Part shown: in pieces, positions 29,161 to 42,453 of the stretch
Numbering within the stretch: position 1 is the stretch's first letter
Layout: each line of letters opens with the position of its first letter
Source of the DNA: Octopus vulgaris
Taxonomy: Eukaryota
Assembly: GCA_951406725.2 (NCBI GenBank)
Contig: OX597827.1
Location: forward strand, 64,108,001 to 64,172,000
DNA: 64,000 nucleotides
Direction of reading: 5' to 3'
The notes under the pieces: model-generated
What the model saw: only the letters and a program-made list of their open reading frames with translations
Database searches by the model: none
Told to the model about the DNA's origin: nothing
Made by a program: the position numbers and the translations under genes

Positions 29161-29310
29161 TATATATATTTATATATATATATGTGCCTGTGTATACATA
29201 TACATACATATATAAATACATACATACATACATACATACACATACATACATGCATACACATATACACATATATACATACATACATACATACATACATACA
29301 TACACACACA

Positions 29311-29344
<34 letters not shown>

Positions 29345-29884
29345 CATACATACATACATACATACATACATACACACACACATACGTACATACATACATA
29401 CATGCATACACATACATACATACGTACATACATACATACACACACATACATACATACATACATGCATACATATATACATACATACATACATACATACATA
29501 CACACACACATACGTACATACATACATACATGCATACACATACATACATACATACATACATACATACATACATACATACATACATACATACATACATACA
29601 TACATACATACACACACATACATACATACATACATACATACATGCATACACACACATACATACATAGATACATACATACATGCATACATATATACATACA
29701 TACATACATACATACATACATACATACATACATACATACACACATACATACATACATACATACATACATACATACATACACATACATACATACATACATA
29801 CATACGTACATACATACATACATACATACATACATACATACATACATACGTACATACATACATACATACATACATACATACATA
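29161..29884. repeat. (TACA)n microsatellite
   Basis: Direct reading. Confidence 0.98.
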
Positions 29885-30135
29885 AATTTTAAGAATGAGA
29901 TAAAAATCCAAGGCTGTGAAATCCAAAGATTTCAGAACATTTATAAAGAGAAGGTCTTACAGCTCTTTCCGGGATATTTTATTTATCTCTTCGGCGGAGA
30001 CGGTATGAGAAAATGGTTAAGCAATAGTTATTCTAGAGAAGATATGAAATAGAGAATGAAGTGGTGGGACGAAAATAGACGTGAGATATGCAGGGATATT
30101 GTATCTGTAATTCCATTATTTAAGCAGAATGGTAT

Positions 30136-30545
30136 TACTCTCTTTACTCTTTTACTAGTTTCAGTCATTTTGACTGCGGCCATGCTGGAGCACCGCCTTT
30201 AGTCGAGCAAATCGATCCCGGGACTTATTCTTTGTAAGCCCAGTACTTATTCTACCGGTCTCTTTTGCCGAACCGCTAAGTGACGGGGACGTAAACACAC
30301 CAGCATCGGTTGTCAAACAATGCTAGTGGGGACAAACACAGACACACAAACATACACACACATATATATATATATACATATATACGGCAGGCTTCTTTCA
30401 GTTTCCGTCTACCAAATCCGCTCACAAGGATTTGGTCGGCCCGAGGCTATAGTAGAAGACACTTGCCCAAGGTGCCACGCAGTGGGACTGAACCCGGAAC
30501 CATGTGGTTGGCAAGCAAGCTACTTACCACACAGCCACTCCTGCG
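30136..30545 (-). mobile_element. SINE family B, full length
   Basis: Homology to the other copies. Confidence 0.88.
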
Positions 30546-30927
30546 GTATATATAAGATTCCTGTACCTTGTCTGTAAGTTCCAATAGTATTTAAAATTGG
30601 TCATTCCAATCATAGAGGGTTTGGCACTTTCTCACAAAGTACAGGAATCTGTGGCAAGATGGTAAGTGAAAGGTTGAAATTCATCATGGCTGAAATTTAC
30701 ACCCCCGCAAAAAATCCCACCAAAATCTCAGTCTTGTACTCTGTTTTTTTTTCGTTGTTTGAAAAAAAAAGTTCGTTTCCATGTTTTTGTTTGTATATTT
30801 TCGTTTCTCATTGTGTTCAACGATTTTTTTTTATGTCCTGTACCCATATATGCATGTATATATATACATATAGATGTAGGTATGTACATATATGTATGTA
30901 TATATGCATATATTTATACATTTTATA

Positions 30928-30989
<62 letters not shown>

Positions 30990-31018
30990 GTAGAAATATG
31001 TTACAAACATAGAGTATA

Positions 31019-31073
<55 letters not shown>

Positions 31074-31321
31074 GAAATATGTTACAAAAAGAAAATATAA
31101 GATACACGTGGAAATGTAAGGGTAAAATATGAAAAATCAACGAAAATGCACATTGCAAATAGAAAAAAAGACTTTTCATGACAGGTAACGACAAATATAT
31201 ACATTTAGATGGACTGAGGTAGAAATAAGAGTCATAAAATATATATATATATATATAATTGACAGAATGAGATAAAATATCCAAGACTGTAAATAGTTTT
31301 CAGAATATTTATAAAGAAAAG

Positions 31322-31369
31322 GTCTTACAGCTGTTTCTGGGATATCTTAGATATCCCTTCATCAGAGAC
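31322..31369 (-). ncRNA. minimal type I hammerhead ribozyme
   Basis: GUCU CUGAUGA A GGGAUAUC-UAA-GAUAUCCC A GAAA CAGCUG UA AGAC. Confidence 0.7.
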
Positions 31370-31594
31370 GGTACGAGAAAATGTTTAAGTAATAATTATT
31401 GTAGAGAAATGATATGAAATACAGACGGAAGCACAAGAGAATGAAAATAAAAGTGAGATACATAAGGATATTATATTTGGTTCATTCCAAGCAGAGATCC
31501 TTGTAGATAGTGTTGTTGTTTGATCGAAGGGGTTTTTGGTGGGAATTTGGGAATGAAATGTGTTTGTAATATTAAGGGATAGACGGCGGGAGGA

Positions 31595-31654
<60 letters not shown>

Positions 31655-31655
31655 G

Positions 31656-31806
<151 letters not shown>

Positions 31807-32131
31807 TACATGCATACATATATATGTACATGTGTGTGTGTCTATATATGCATGTATATTATATAAATATAAAGGTATTTTTATGCACACACACATTTAC
31901 ATTGATACATATGGCAGAAGGGGCCTTTGGGCGCTCTGGTGTACAATAGGAGATACTCACCCTAAGTGGGACTGAACCCGAAACCACGCGGTTACGAATC
32001 AAATGTCTGCAACACGGATTCGTTCGTGAAATTCTTTCTTTCTTTTTTCTTTTTATTTCGTTATCATTTTTTCATTGGACCTTAGACTACAACTGAAGTA
32101 CGATAGCCTTAATAATAATAATAATAATAAT

Positions 32132-32186
<55 letters not shown>

Positions 32187-32634
32187 TCGTCGTCGACGTT
32201 TAACGTCCGCTTTCCATGCTAGCATGGGTTAGAAGATTTGACTGAGGACTGGCGAACCAGATGACTGCACCAGGCTCCAATCTGATCTGGCAGAGTTTCT
32301 ACAGCTGTCTGCCCTTCCTAACGCCAACCACTGTGAAAGCGCATGGCTTAGTGGTTAGGGTGTTGCACTCACGATTTCGAGATCGTGGGTTCGATTCCCA
32401 GACCGGGCGTTGCGTTGAGTTCTTGAGCAAAGCACTTCATTTCTCGTTGCTCTGACATTTGGCACCCTTCGCACCTGTACAGGTAATGTCAATCTGATGG
32501 AAGGAGTGAGCTTATGTCCACACAAACATTTGATCACTATTAACAAATCATCTGTGTGGTTGTTCGGTAAGAAATTGTCAAATCCTCATACTTCGTCTAA
32601 CGACAAGGGAGTCCACGATATATATAGATTCTTT

Positions 32635-33003
32635 GGAAGCACTCCGTCGGTTACGACGATGAAGGTTCCGGTTGATCCGATCAACGGAACAGCCTGCTCG
32701 TGAAATTAACGTGTAAGTGGCTGAACACTCCACAGACACGTGCACCCTTAACGTAGTTCTCGGGGATATTCAGCGTGACACAGAGAGTGACTAGGCCGGC
32801 CCTTTGAAATACAGGTACAACAGAAACAGGAAGTAAGAGTGAGAGAAAGTTGTGGTGAAAGTGTACAGCAGGGATCACCACCATCCCCTGCCGGAGCCTC
32901 GTGGAGCTTTAGGTGTTTTCGCTCAATAAACACTCACAACGCCGGGTCTGGGAATCGAAACCGCGAGTCCGCTGCCCTAACCACTGGGCCATTGCGCATC
33001 CAC
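32635..33003 (-). mobile_element. SINE family A
   Basis: Homology to the other copies. Confidence 0.9.
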
Positions 33004-33047
33004 AAACAGACACACACACACACACACATATATATAAATATATATAC

Positions 33048-33082
<35 letters not shown>

Positions 33083-33088
33083 AAGAGA

Positions 33089-33135
<47 letters not shown>

Positions 33136-33305
33136 GAGTAAACACATAAATGTGAAACAAGGTGGGAAAAAGGTACTCAAATACCAGGGTAGAGTAATAT
33201 GCTTTATTTAAAAGCAGCAGAAATTCAACAAAACCTGTCACTCGGAGTTTCACGTTTCCGTTCGTCGGACAGATTCACAGTTGTCGTCGGACAGTTTTGT
33301 TAAAA

Positions 33306-33343
33306 CTGTCCGACGAATGGGAACGTGAAACTCCGAGTAACAG
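33306..33343 (+). ncRNA. hammerhead-like motif with CCGACGA core; inverted copy at 33235-33272
   Basis: CUGU CCGACGA A(U/C)G-G(G/A)AA-CGU GAAA CUCCGAG U(A/G) ACAG. Confidence 0.55.
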
Positions 33344-33375
33344 GTTTTGTTGAATTTCTGCTGCTTTTGAATAAA

Positions 33376-33458
<83 letters not shown>

Positions 33459-33536
33459 TATATATATATTAGAAGAAATGAGGTAATCAGAAGACCGGAT
33501 GGTTCATATTTATAGATATTTATTTATATATAAAAG

Positions 33537-34626
33537 TTTTGATCTCTTTCGGCACCCTCTTTTATCTCTGTCGGCACGCTCTTTGATCTCTATCGGCACC
33601 CTCTTTGATCTCTTTCGGCACCCCTCTTTGATCTTTGTCGGCACCCTCTTTGATCTCCGTCGGCACCCTCTTTGATCTCTTTCGGCACCCTCTTTGATCT
33701 CTGTCGGCACGCTCTTTGATCTCTGTCGGCACCCTCTTTGATCTCTGTCGGCACCCTCTTTGATCTCTGTCGGCACCCTCTTTGATCTCTTTCGGCACCC
33801 TCTTTGATCTCTTTCGGCACCCTCTTTGATCTCTGTCGGCACCCTCTTTGATCTCTGTCGGCACCCTCTTTGATCTTTGTCGGCACCCTCTTTGATCTCT
33901 TTCGGCACCCTCTTTGATCTCTTTCGGCACCCTCTTTGATCTCTGTCGGCACCCTCTTTGATCTCTGTCGGCACCCTCTTTGATCTCTGTCGGCACCCTC
34001 TTTGATCTCTTTCGGCACCCCCTTTGATCTCTTTCGGCACCCTCTTTGATCTCTGTCGGCACCCTCTTTGATCTCTGTCGGCACCCTCTTTGATCTCTGT
34101 CGGCACCCTCTTTGATCTTTGTCGGCACCCTCTTTGATCTCTGTCGGCACCCTCTTTGATCTCTGTCGGCACCCTCTTTGATCTCTTTCGGCACCCCTTT
34201 GATATCTTTTGACACCCTCTTTGATGTCTGTCGGCATCCTCTTTGATCTTTGTCGGCACCCTCTTTGATCTCTGTCGGCACCCTCTTTGATCTCTGTCGG
34301 CACCCTCTTTGATCTCTGTCGGCACCCTTTTTGATATCTTTCGGCACCCCTCTTTGATCTCTTTCGGCACCCTCTTTGATATCTGTCGGCACCCTCTTTG
34401 ATCTTTGTCGGCACACTCTTTGATCTCTGTGCGCACCCCTTTTGATCTGTTTCGGCACCCCCCTTTGATCTTTGTCGGCATCCTCTTTGATCTCTGTCGG
34501 CACCCCTCTTTGATCTCTGTCGGCACCCTCTTTGATCTCTGTCGGCACCCCTCTTGGATCTTTGTCGGCACCCTCTTTCATCTCTTTCGGCACCCCCTTT
34601 GATATCTTTCGGCACCCTCTTTGATC
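33537..34626. repeat. 22-bp minisatellite CTCTTTGATCTCTGTCGGCACC, about 49 units, in Vax intron 1
   Basis: Direct reading. Variants are mainly TCTC/TCTT and TGTCGG/TTTCGG. Confidence 0.97.
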
Positions 34627-34821
34627 GTGCCATACTATATGGGATGTTTCTTTTTGTCTCTGGGATGGGTGGCAGGAGTGGAAATTTGTCGGCATTGATG
34701 TGTGTCAGTTTTTTGTAGTGGATGTCTGTTGTGACGATGGAGTTGTGTATTTTGATGTTGTGATGTCTAGGAAGGGGCAAGTTCGTTGTGGCTGGTATCT
34801 CTCTCTCTCTCTCTCTCTCTG

Positions 34822-35335
34822 TATATCTGTCGGAACCCTCTTTGATCTATGTCGGTACACTCTTTGATATCTTTCGACATAGCAAGTTTGATCTTTGATC
34901 GGCACCTCTTTGATCTCTGCAGCGTGGAAGGTGTTTGTACACCCTCTTTGATCTCTGTCGGCACAAAAGCCTCTTTGATTCACTTCAACATTTTGATCTC
35001 TGTCGGCACCATTTTGATATCTTTCGGCACCCTCTTTGATCTCTGTCGGCACCCTCTTTGATTCACTCGGCACTTTGATCTCTGTCAGCACCCCTCTTTG
35101 ATCTTTGTCGGCACCCTCTTTGATCTCTGTCGGCACCCTCTTTGATCTCTTTCGGCACCCCGTTGATCTCTGTCGGAATCTTTGATCTCTTTCGGCACCC
35201 TCTTTGATCTTGTCGGCACCCTCTTTGATCTCTTACACCCTCTAATTTGACTAAATGTATGTATAATTGATCTCTGTCGGCATCTTTGATAATCTTTCGG
35301 CAGTTTTTGATCTCTGTCGGCACCCTCTTTGATCT
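34822..35335. repeat. degenerate continuation of the 22-bp minisatellite
   Basis: TTTGATC and TCGGCA modules recur with irregular linkers and short inserts. Confidence 0.85.
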
Positions 35336-35544
35336 AGCTTTTGAAAGTGTACATTCTTTCACAATTCCGCTGCAAACACTCCCTGATGTTGATGTCAGAA
35401 CATAAAAGAAAAGATGATTAAAAATATACGCCCTATTCTAGTGACAAAATTAAAGTCGACGATGACGAAGAAATAAAGGTAAACGACAACGCAATCAAAA
35501 CTGAAGATAAAGAAACTGAGGCAGGTAATGACAAGTTTGAGGGG

Positions 35545-36036
<492 letters not shown>

Positions 36037-36689
36037 AATGTATATATATACATACCTACATATATATGTATGTATACATGCATATATGGGTACCGGACGC
36101 CGAAAGAAACGTGAACAAAGTGAAAAATGAGAATATAAAAAACAAAAACATGGAAAACGAAAGAAACAAACAGGGAAGCGAGACAGGCAACATAAAGAAC
36201 ATTCCCTTCATCAGTTGTCCCCTATTTTATCTACTCCGCGTTTCGAACGTCGGGACAAGACGCGACTTCTTTAAAACAGTCGTTCCCGCAAAACAAAGCA
36301 AATAAAATTTGAGATTTGCGGAGGGTTAAAGTGGTAACAAAAACAGGACAGTGAGAACAAAACAGTAAAAGCAAACGGTAAGGGCTGTTAAGCCATCTCG
36401 AGGTGAAGTGGTGAACGCTGGAGCAACGAGCTCTGACAGGAAACAGGCAACGTTGGAAACGCGGAATAGATAAAACAAGGGACAGCTGATAAAGGGATTG
36501 TTCTTTATGTTGCCTGTCTCGTTTCTCTATTTGTTTCTTTCGTTGTTTAAAAAAAGTTCCTTTTCCATGATTTTGTTTTTTTAAGTTCTCGTTTTTCATT
36601 TTGTTCGCGGTTTTTTGACGTCGTGTAACCATAAATGCATGTATATACATATATATCTAGGTATGTGCGTATATGTATGTATGTATATA

Positions 36690-36761
<72 letters not shown>

Positions 36762-36849
36762 CATATGAACGACCGTCACGCATCCACTTCCAAGTAATTT
36801 TTATCTATCTATCTTTCTATCTATCTATCTGTCTGTCTGTCTGTCTAAA

Positions 36850-36997
<148 letters not shown>

Positions 36998-37108
36998 CCT
37001 CGCTCGCTTAGCCAGCGGGGTGGCGTCATTCGAGGGCTAAAACAATGCGAACGCATTGTGACCAGCGATGTGTAGCAGCATCTGATGGTCTGGTCGGTCG
37101 CGTGATCG

Positions 37109-37173
<65 letters not shown>

Positions 37174-37281
37174 CAGCGTGTCCTCCTATCCAAATATATA
37201 CACACTTTAACAGCTAAAAACTCCCTTCATTTTCATTTATTTTTAGAAACAAAGAATGGTTGGAGACAAACCTTTGGGCAA

Positions 37282-37708
37282 ATGAACGCGCAAAGAATTC
37301 ATCAGAACTGTCAGATTTTCAAAGAGGGGCGTATTGTTGTGCGGTCTGAGGCTGGTCTTAACCAGCGAAAAATTGCCGAAAATCTTCAAATTCCTCTTGC
37401 TACTGTTAATAGAATTATAGTGCAATTCAAAAGTCAAGGAAAAGTATCAACAGATTCTCGTCCCGGCTGACCTGGGCCCTCGGAAAGGAAGCTTCGCTGT
37501 TTGAAGAGAATTGTTGAAACGAACCCCATTCGAAGGCTTCTGACATTGCAAAACAGCTGGAAGTTAGTCCAAGAACGTATGTTACAAATCTGCATAAGCT
37601 TGGGTATTATGGACGAGCAGCTAGAAGAAAACCTCTCCTTCAACCAATTAATATCAAATTAAAGATTTTGAAAATTAAAGGTGTCTATTTACTTCCTGCA
37701 TGTCTGTG
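37282..37708 (+). mobile_element. internally deleted, 5'-truncated copy of the same Tc1 element
   Basis: Homologous to about 16590-16935, then jumps to the right TIR ending CTGTG|TA. Confidence 0.85.
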
Positions 37709-37781
37709 TATATGTAAAAAAAATTCTTTTTTTTATTTTATCAGTGGCCAAAATATACAAAGACGAATAATTAAGGTGAAA

Positions 37782-38291
37782 TCTATATATATAAAACTGT
37801 AGTTGTGTGAGTGTCTGTCCCCTTCGATTTAGATTCCTAACTACTCCCACATTTTGCGGTGCAGTTTAACCAAATTCGGGTATCTTATAGTCGTGATTCA
37901 TATCAAGCCCGTCTGAGTATTAGCGCGCGTCTACGATGAGTCTACGATTTTAAAAATAATTTAACATCATTTTTTATTCCATTTTAATGCATAATTTTTC
38001 GTGTGTCGATGGCGGCGGAGTTGGCGTCCATGGTCACACCTGCACCTGTGTTCTCCCCCTTCTTCCCTCCCTCGTGAAGCTGTTGGAAAGGGAGTGTAAG
38101 GAAATCAACGTCGTAAAGCGTTGTCAAGGAGACCAGCGTTCTTTTAGAACAACGACTTCATGTCTTGAAGACACCAAAACAGAAATGGCTAAGAAAGCCC
38201 GAATTGGCATCTATAAGGGAAGTAACTCTCTAAAAATGCTTATATAGTTATTTCCCTTACAAACCCGAGCAACGCCGGGCGATACTGCTAG
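37782..38291 (+). mobile_element. non-autonomous Helitron, same family, different interior
   Basis: A|TCTATATATATAAAA start, same hairpin and CTAG|T end. Both ends are homologous to 27017-27426. Confidence 0.87.
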
Positions 38292-38301
38292 TTATACATA
38301 T

Positions 38302-38776
38302 AATTATAATAAGGCCGTTTGAAAGAAATTTTCTAGCCTATATGCTAAATCGTCCCACTACTAAGGAAGTCACAAACACATGTGTTGAATTAGACACAAC
38401 AAGCTAACGGAAATTATTAATATAATAGATAGCTCTGGATTAGATAATTTCTGGATCTGGCCCATGGCTTTTCATTCATCGGCAGGATATACATAGGAAA
38501 TAAATGAGATATTATACATGAGATTTTTATACATACCCCTGTGGGTATGTATATATAACTCATGTTTCCTATGTATGTCCTGCTGATGAAGGTAAAGCCG
38601 CGGGGTAGACCTAGAAATTAGCTAATCCAGGGCTATCTATTATATTAATAATTTTCGTTGGCTTGTTGCGTCTAATTCAACACGCGTTTGTGACTTCTTT
38701 AGTTGTGGGACGATTTAGCGTCTATTTCTCAGCATATAGGCTAGAAAATTTCTTTCTAACGCCCTCATTATAATTA
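38302..38776. repeat. about 475-bp imperfect hairpin (inverted Penelope-type terminal repeats)
   Basis: Arms align in reverse complement around about 38540. Confidence 0.85.
38579..38631 (+). ncRNA. minimal type I hammerhead ribozyme
   Basis: CCUG CUGAUGA AGGU...ACCU A GAAA UUAGCUAA UC CAGG. Confidence 0.65.
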
Positions 38777-38808
38777 TATATATATATATATATATATATA
38801 CCTACATG

Positions 38809-38866
<58 letters not shown>

Positions 38867-39075
38867 TATATATATATACACACGCATATAATTTACATAA
38901 ATACAAAAGAGAAAGAGAGGTGTCAGAACAACAAACAGGTGTATTAGTTTAACGTTCGGGAAAAACGGAAAAGTTTTTTACGTTTCGAGCCTATGCTCTT
39001 CGAGAGAAAATATTCAGATACATATATAAATACACACAGACACACACACACACACACACACACATACATACATAC

Positions 39076-39106
<31 letters not shown>

Positions 39107-39128
39107 CATACATACATACATACATACA

Positions 39129-39162
<34 letters not shown>

Positions 39163-39624
39163 AATAAATAAATGGAGTTAAACATACAAAATATTTCACA
39201 TCAACCCGAAGTTTCTACCATTACAAACAGGGTGTTACGTCCTTTTTACTTGTGCGCTTTTTTGCTGCCCTGGTAACTGTTTATCTTTTTTTTTTCCATG
39301 TTAATTGTAAACAAGGGGAAAATACACACATCCATTTATACATCCATACATATACATATACATAAACATACATACATACATACATACATACATACATACA
39401 TACATACATACATACATACACACACACACATATTATGTACTGTTCCGTGATGGTAAAATTAATAAAAAAAGAAGTACTCCATCTGGAGAGAGATAAATAT
39501 TATTAGATAAACACAATCTATATTTTTATGGGTTACTAATAGTTTATTAGTCTATCTGGATGTTTTGTTGTCCCTTTTCGTATCACCTAGTTGTCCGAAT
39601 GTTTTGCGTTCTTGTCCCATTTTG

Positions 39625-39711
<87 letters not shown>

Positions 39712-39764
39712 GGATCGTTAGCTCCTACACGCATTTTTTTCTTTCCTTGTTTCTTTTCTGTGTA

Positions 39765-39802
39765 TCTTTCTGTCGAAGAGCGTAGGCTCGAAACGTAAAA
39801 GA
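39765..39802 (+). ncRNA. hammerhead-like motif with CUGUNGA core; copies at 51670-51707 (+) and 53856-53893 (-)
   Basis: UCUUU CUGUCGA A GAGC-GUAG-GCUC GAAA CG UA AAAGA. Confidence 0.6.
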
Positions 39803-39898
39803 CTTGTTTTATTTCTATTCCTGAGCGCCATACTAATACAATTGTTTGTTTGTACTCCACCTGCCTTCGTCTTTTGCTTATTTTCGTAAACCTTCCTG

Positions 39899-39937
<39 letters not shown>

Positions 39938-40407
39938 GCGGCGTACGTACACTTTGTTCTCTTACATACATGCATGCATACATAGATACATACATACATA
40001 CATACATACATACATACATACATACATACATACATACATAGTGGTAAATAGCTATCGAGAAATCTGCAGTTATTCTATCCAGATTACAAGTTCAGGTTTA
40101 TACCTGAAATTAGGTGCCACGCAGTGGGACTGAACCCGGAACCATGTGGCTGGTAAGCAAGCTACTTACCACACAGCCACTCCTACGCCTATTATATATA
40201 CATATATGTGTATACACACACACACACACACGCACACACACATAAATGTGTATGTATGTATATATATATATGCGTATGTGTGTGTATGAATATATGAGCA
40301 TACATGTGTATGTCGGTAAGCTCCTAGTTCAATCCCACTACACCGGACCTTGGGCTCCGGCCTTCCATTGTAACCTCAATTCGATCAACCGTTTTAGAAT
40401 TGAAGCT

Positions 40408-40449
<42 letters not shown>

Positions 40450-40738
40450 TGTGTGTGTGTGCATATATGTGCTTATGTTTACGTTATTTTCAAAAACGTG
40501 TTTTTGTACCGTCAATTTCAATCATCTAACCTAGCTGTTCGACAAAGGATCGATAAAAGAAGTGCCGGACTAAAAGATGCCCTGAACATATGATGAACTA
40601 AAACCTTTGACGGCGGTGCTACAGCGTGGCCACATTCTACTGATTAAAACCATTAAAACGGCGAAAATGGATGGATGTGCGTGTGTGTCTGTCTGTATTT
40701 ATGTAAGTATATGTGTATGTGTGTGTGTGTTTGTTTGT

Positions 40739-42040
40739 CAGGGCCGGATTAAGACCCATAGAGGCCCTAGACCAGTGCTTTTCAAACTTTTTGCTGGAGC
40801 GGAACCCCAAGGAAACATTCCACTGGCTCGAGGAACCCCTGTGCAATAATTTAATAGTTTTATGCACACATATCTGCACAGGAGAATTAAAAATTACTGC
40901 CGATCTTAGCAGTTTTGTAACTTCTTGCGGAACCCCTGGACTGTACTGGCGGAACCCTGGTTGAAAACCACTGCCCTAGACACTTAAAAGGTTTTGGTGC
41001 CCTCAAATATACGTAAATGGTTTAAAATGGAAACAGAAATAATTCAAATTGTAAACGATAATAAACCATAAATTCAATTTATATTTTTCAAAATGAAACA
41101 AAATTTACAGTTAGACGGAAAATAATGTTTATTTTCCTATCCTTCTATTTTATTTATATTTGAAAAGTTTTCTCCTTCGTTGATATCTTTAGAATTAATT
41201 TTACGTAAAACTTTTGCTTCTGTATTTCATTTTCGGATTTGGTTTGCAAGATTCTTTATATGAGTTTGTGTGTTGAAGCATATTCTGTTGTGTCTGGGGA
41301 GAGTCATTTTCTTTTTGTGTCTTATAATGTAACACACTCACCGGTAAAATTTCCACTTATTTCTTATTTTTATTTTCCTAAAATTTTCGTTGCGTCTTGC
41401 AACCTTTTCAACAGCATTGAAAAGGTTGCAAGACTATTGAAAAAGGTTCAAAACTATCGAAAAGTTTGCAAGACGCAACGAAAGTTTTAGGAAAATAAAA
41501 ATAAGAAAAAAGTGGAAATTTTAGCGGTGAATGTGTTAAATTATAAGGCACTAAAAGAAAATGACTCTCCCCCAAACACAACAGAATCTGCTTCTATACT
41601 TTGTAGAAATAAGGCATTACGAATATTATTGGCATTCCTTCGATATAACTCGACTAAATCAAAACATTTCACTTCGGATATTTCCGTGGGTTGTGGAGTA
41701 TAGATATAACGAAATTATGCCAGCAATGTCTCATTTTAAACTTGAAGGAAAAAAAGCCTTGCATATTTGTTTCTTACTTGTTTCATGTGTGTATGTAAAA
41801 TCCGCAAATTTCCAAGCAGAAAACAGAATCGAACTGTCATTTGCTTCCGCGCAAATACCCGAAGTGAAATGTTTTGATTTTGTCGAGTTATATCGAAAGA
41901 ATGCCATATTATTATTGCAAGTTTAAAGGGATTTCTTTTGTGCCGTAAACGATTTTCATTTCTGTGGTGCCCCCTCCTTCCCTGGATGCCCTAAGCACAT
42001 GCTTATTTTGCTTAATGGGTAATGAGTTAATCCAGCGTTG
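40739..42040. mobile_element. older hAT-like non-autonomous element hosting nested insertions
   Basis: CAGGGCCGGATTAA ... TTAATCCAGCGTTG termini and a 6/8 TSD-like flank match. Confidence 0.55.
40773..40973. mobile_element. hAT (Charlie-like) MITE
   Basis: TIRs CAGTG.TTTTCAA and a perfect 8-bp TSD CCCTAGAC (40765-40772 / 40974-40981). Confidence 0.9.
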
Positions 42041-42093
42041 GTGTTTATCCCTTTTTTGTATCACCTGTGTGTGTGTATATATATATATGTATA

Positions 42094-42137
<44 letters not shown>

Positions 42138-42148
42138 GTATATATATG

Positions 42149-42265
<117 letters not shown>

Positions 42266-42292
42266 CATACGCTATATATATGTATATATATG

Positions 42293-42324
<32 letters not shown>

Positions 42325-42325
42325 G

Positions 42326-42453
<128 letters not shown>

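Noticed and set aside
33510-34780. 353-396 aa ORFs in all three minus frames (PTEIKEGADRDQRGCRQRSKRV repeats)
   Set aside because: The 22-bp unit has no stop on that strand. Indels shift frames freely and there is no domain or codon-level constraint.
34977-34993. 17-nt identity (GATTCACTTCAACATTT) with window positions 7-23
   Set aside because: Short and AT-rich; chance or consensus noise cannot be excluded.
33537-35335. CRISPR-like array
   Set aside because: Units are contiguous without regular unique spacers, the context is eukaryotic and there are no cas genes.
36120-36620. CTGATGA and GAAAC motifs in an inverted repeat as another hammerhead
   Set aside because: I could not build consistent stems I-III in this copy; treated as an unclassified inverted repeat remnant.
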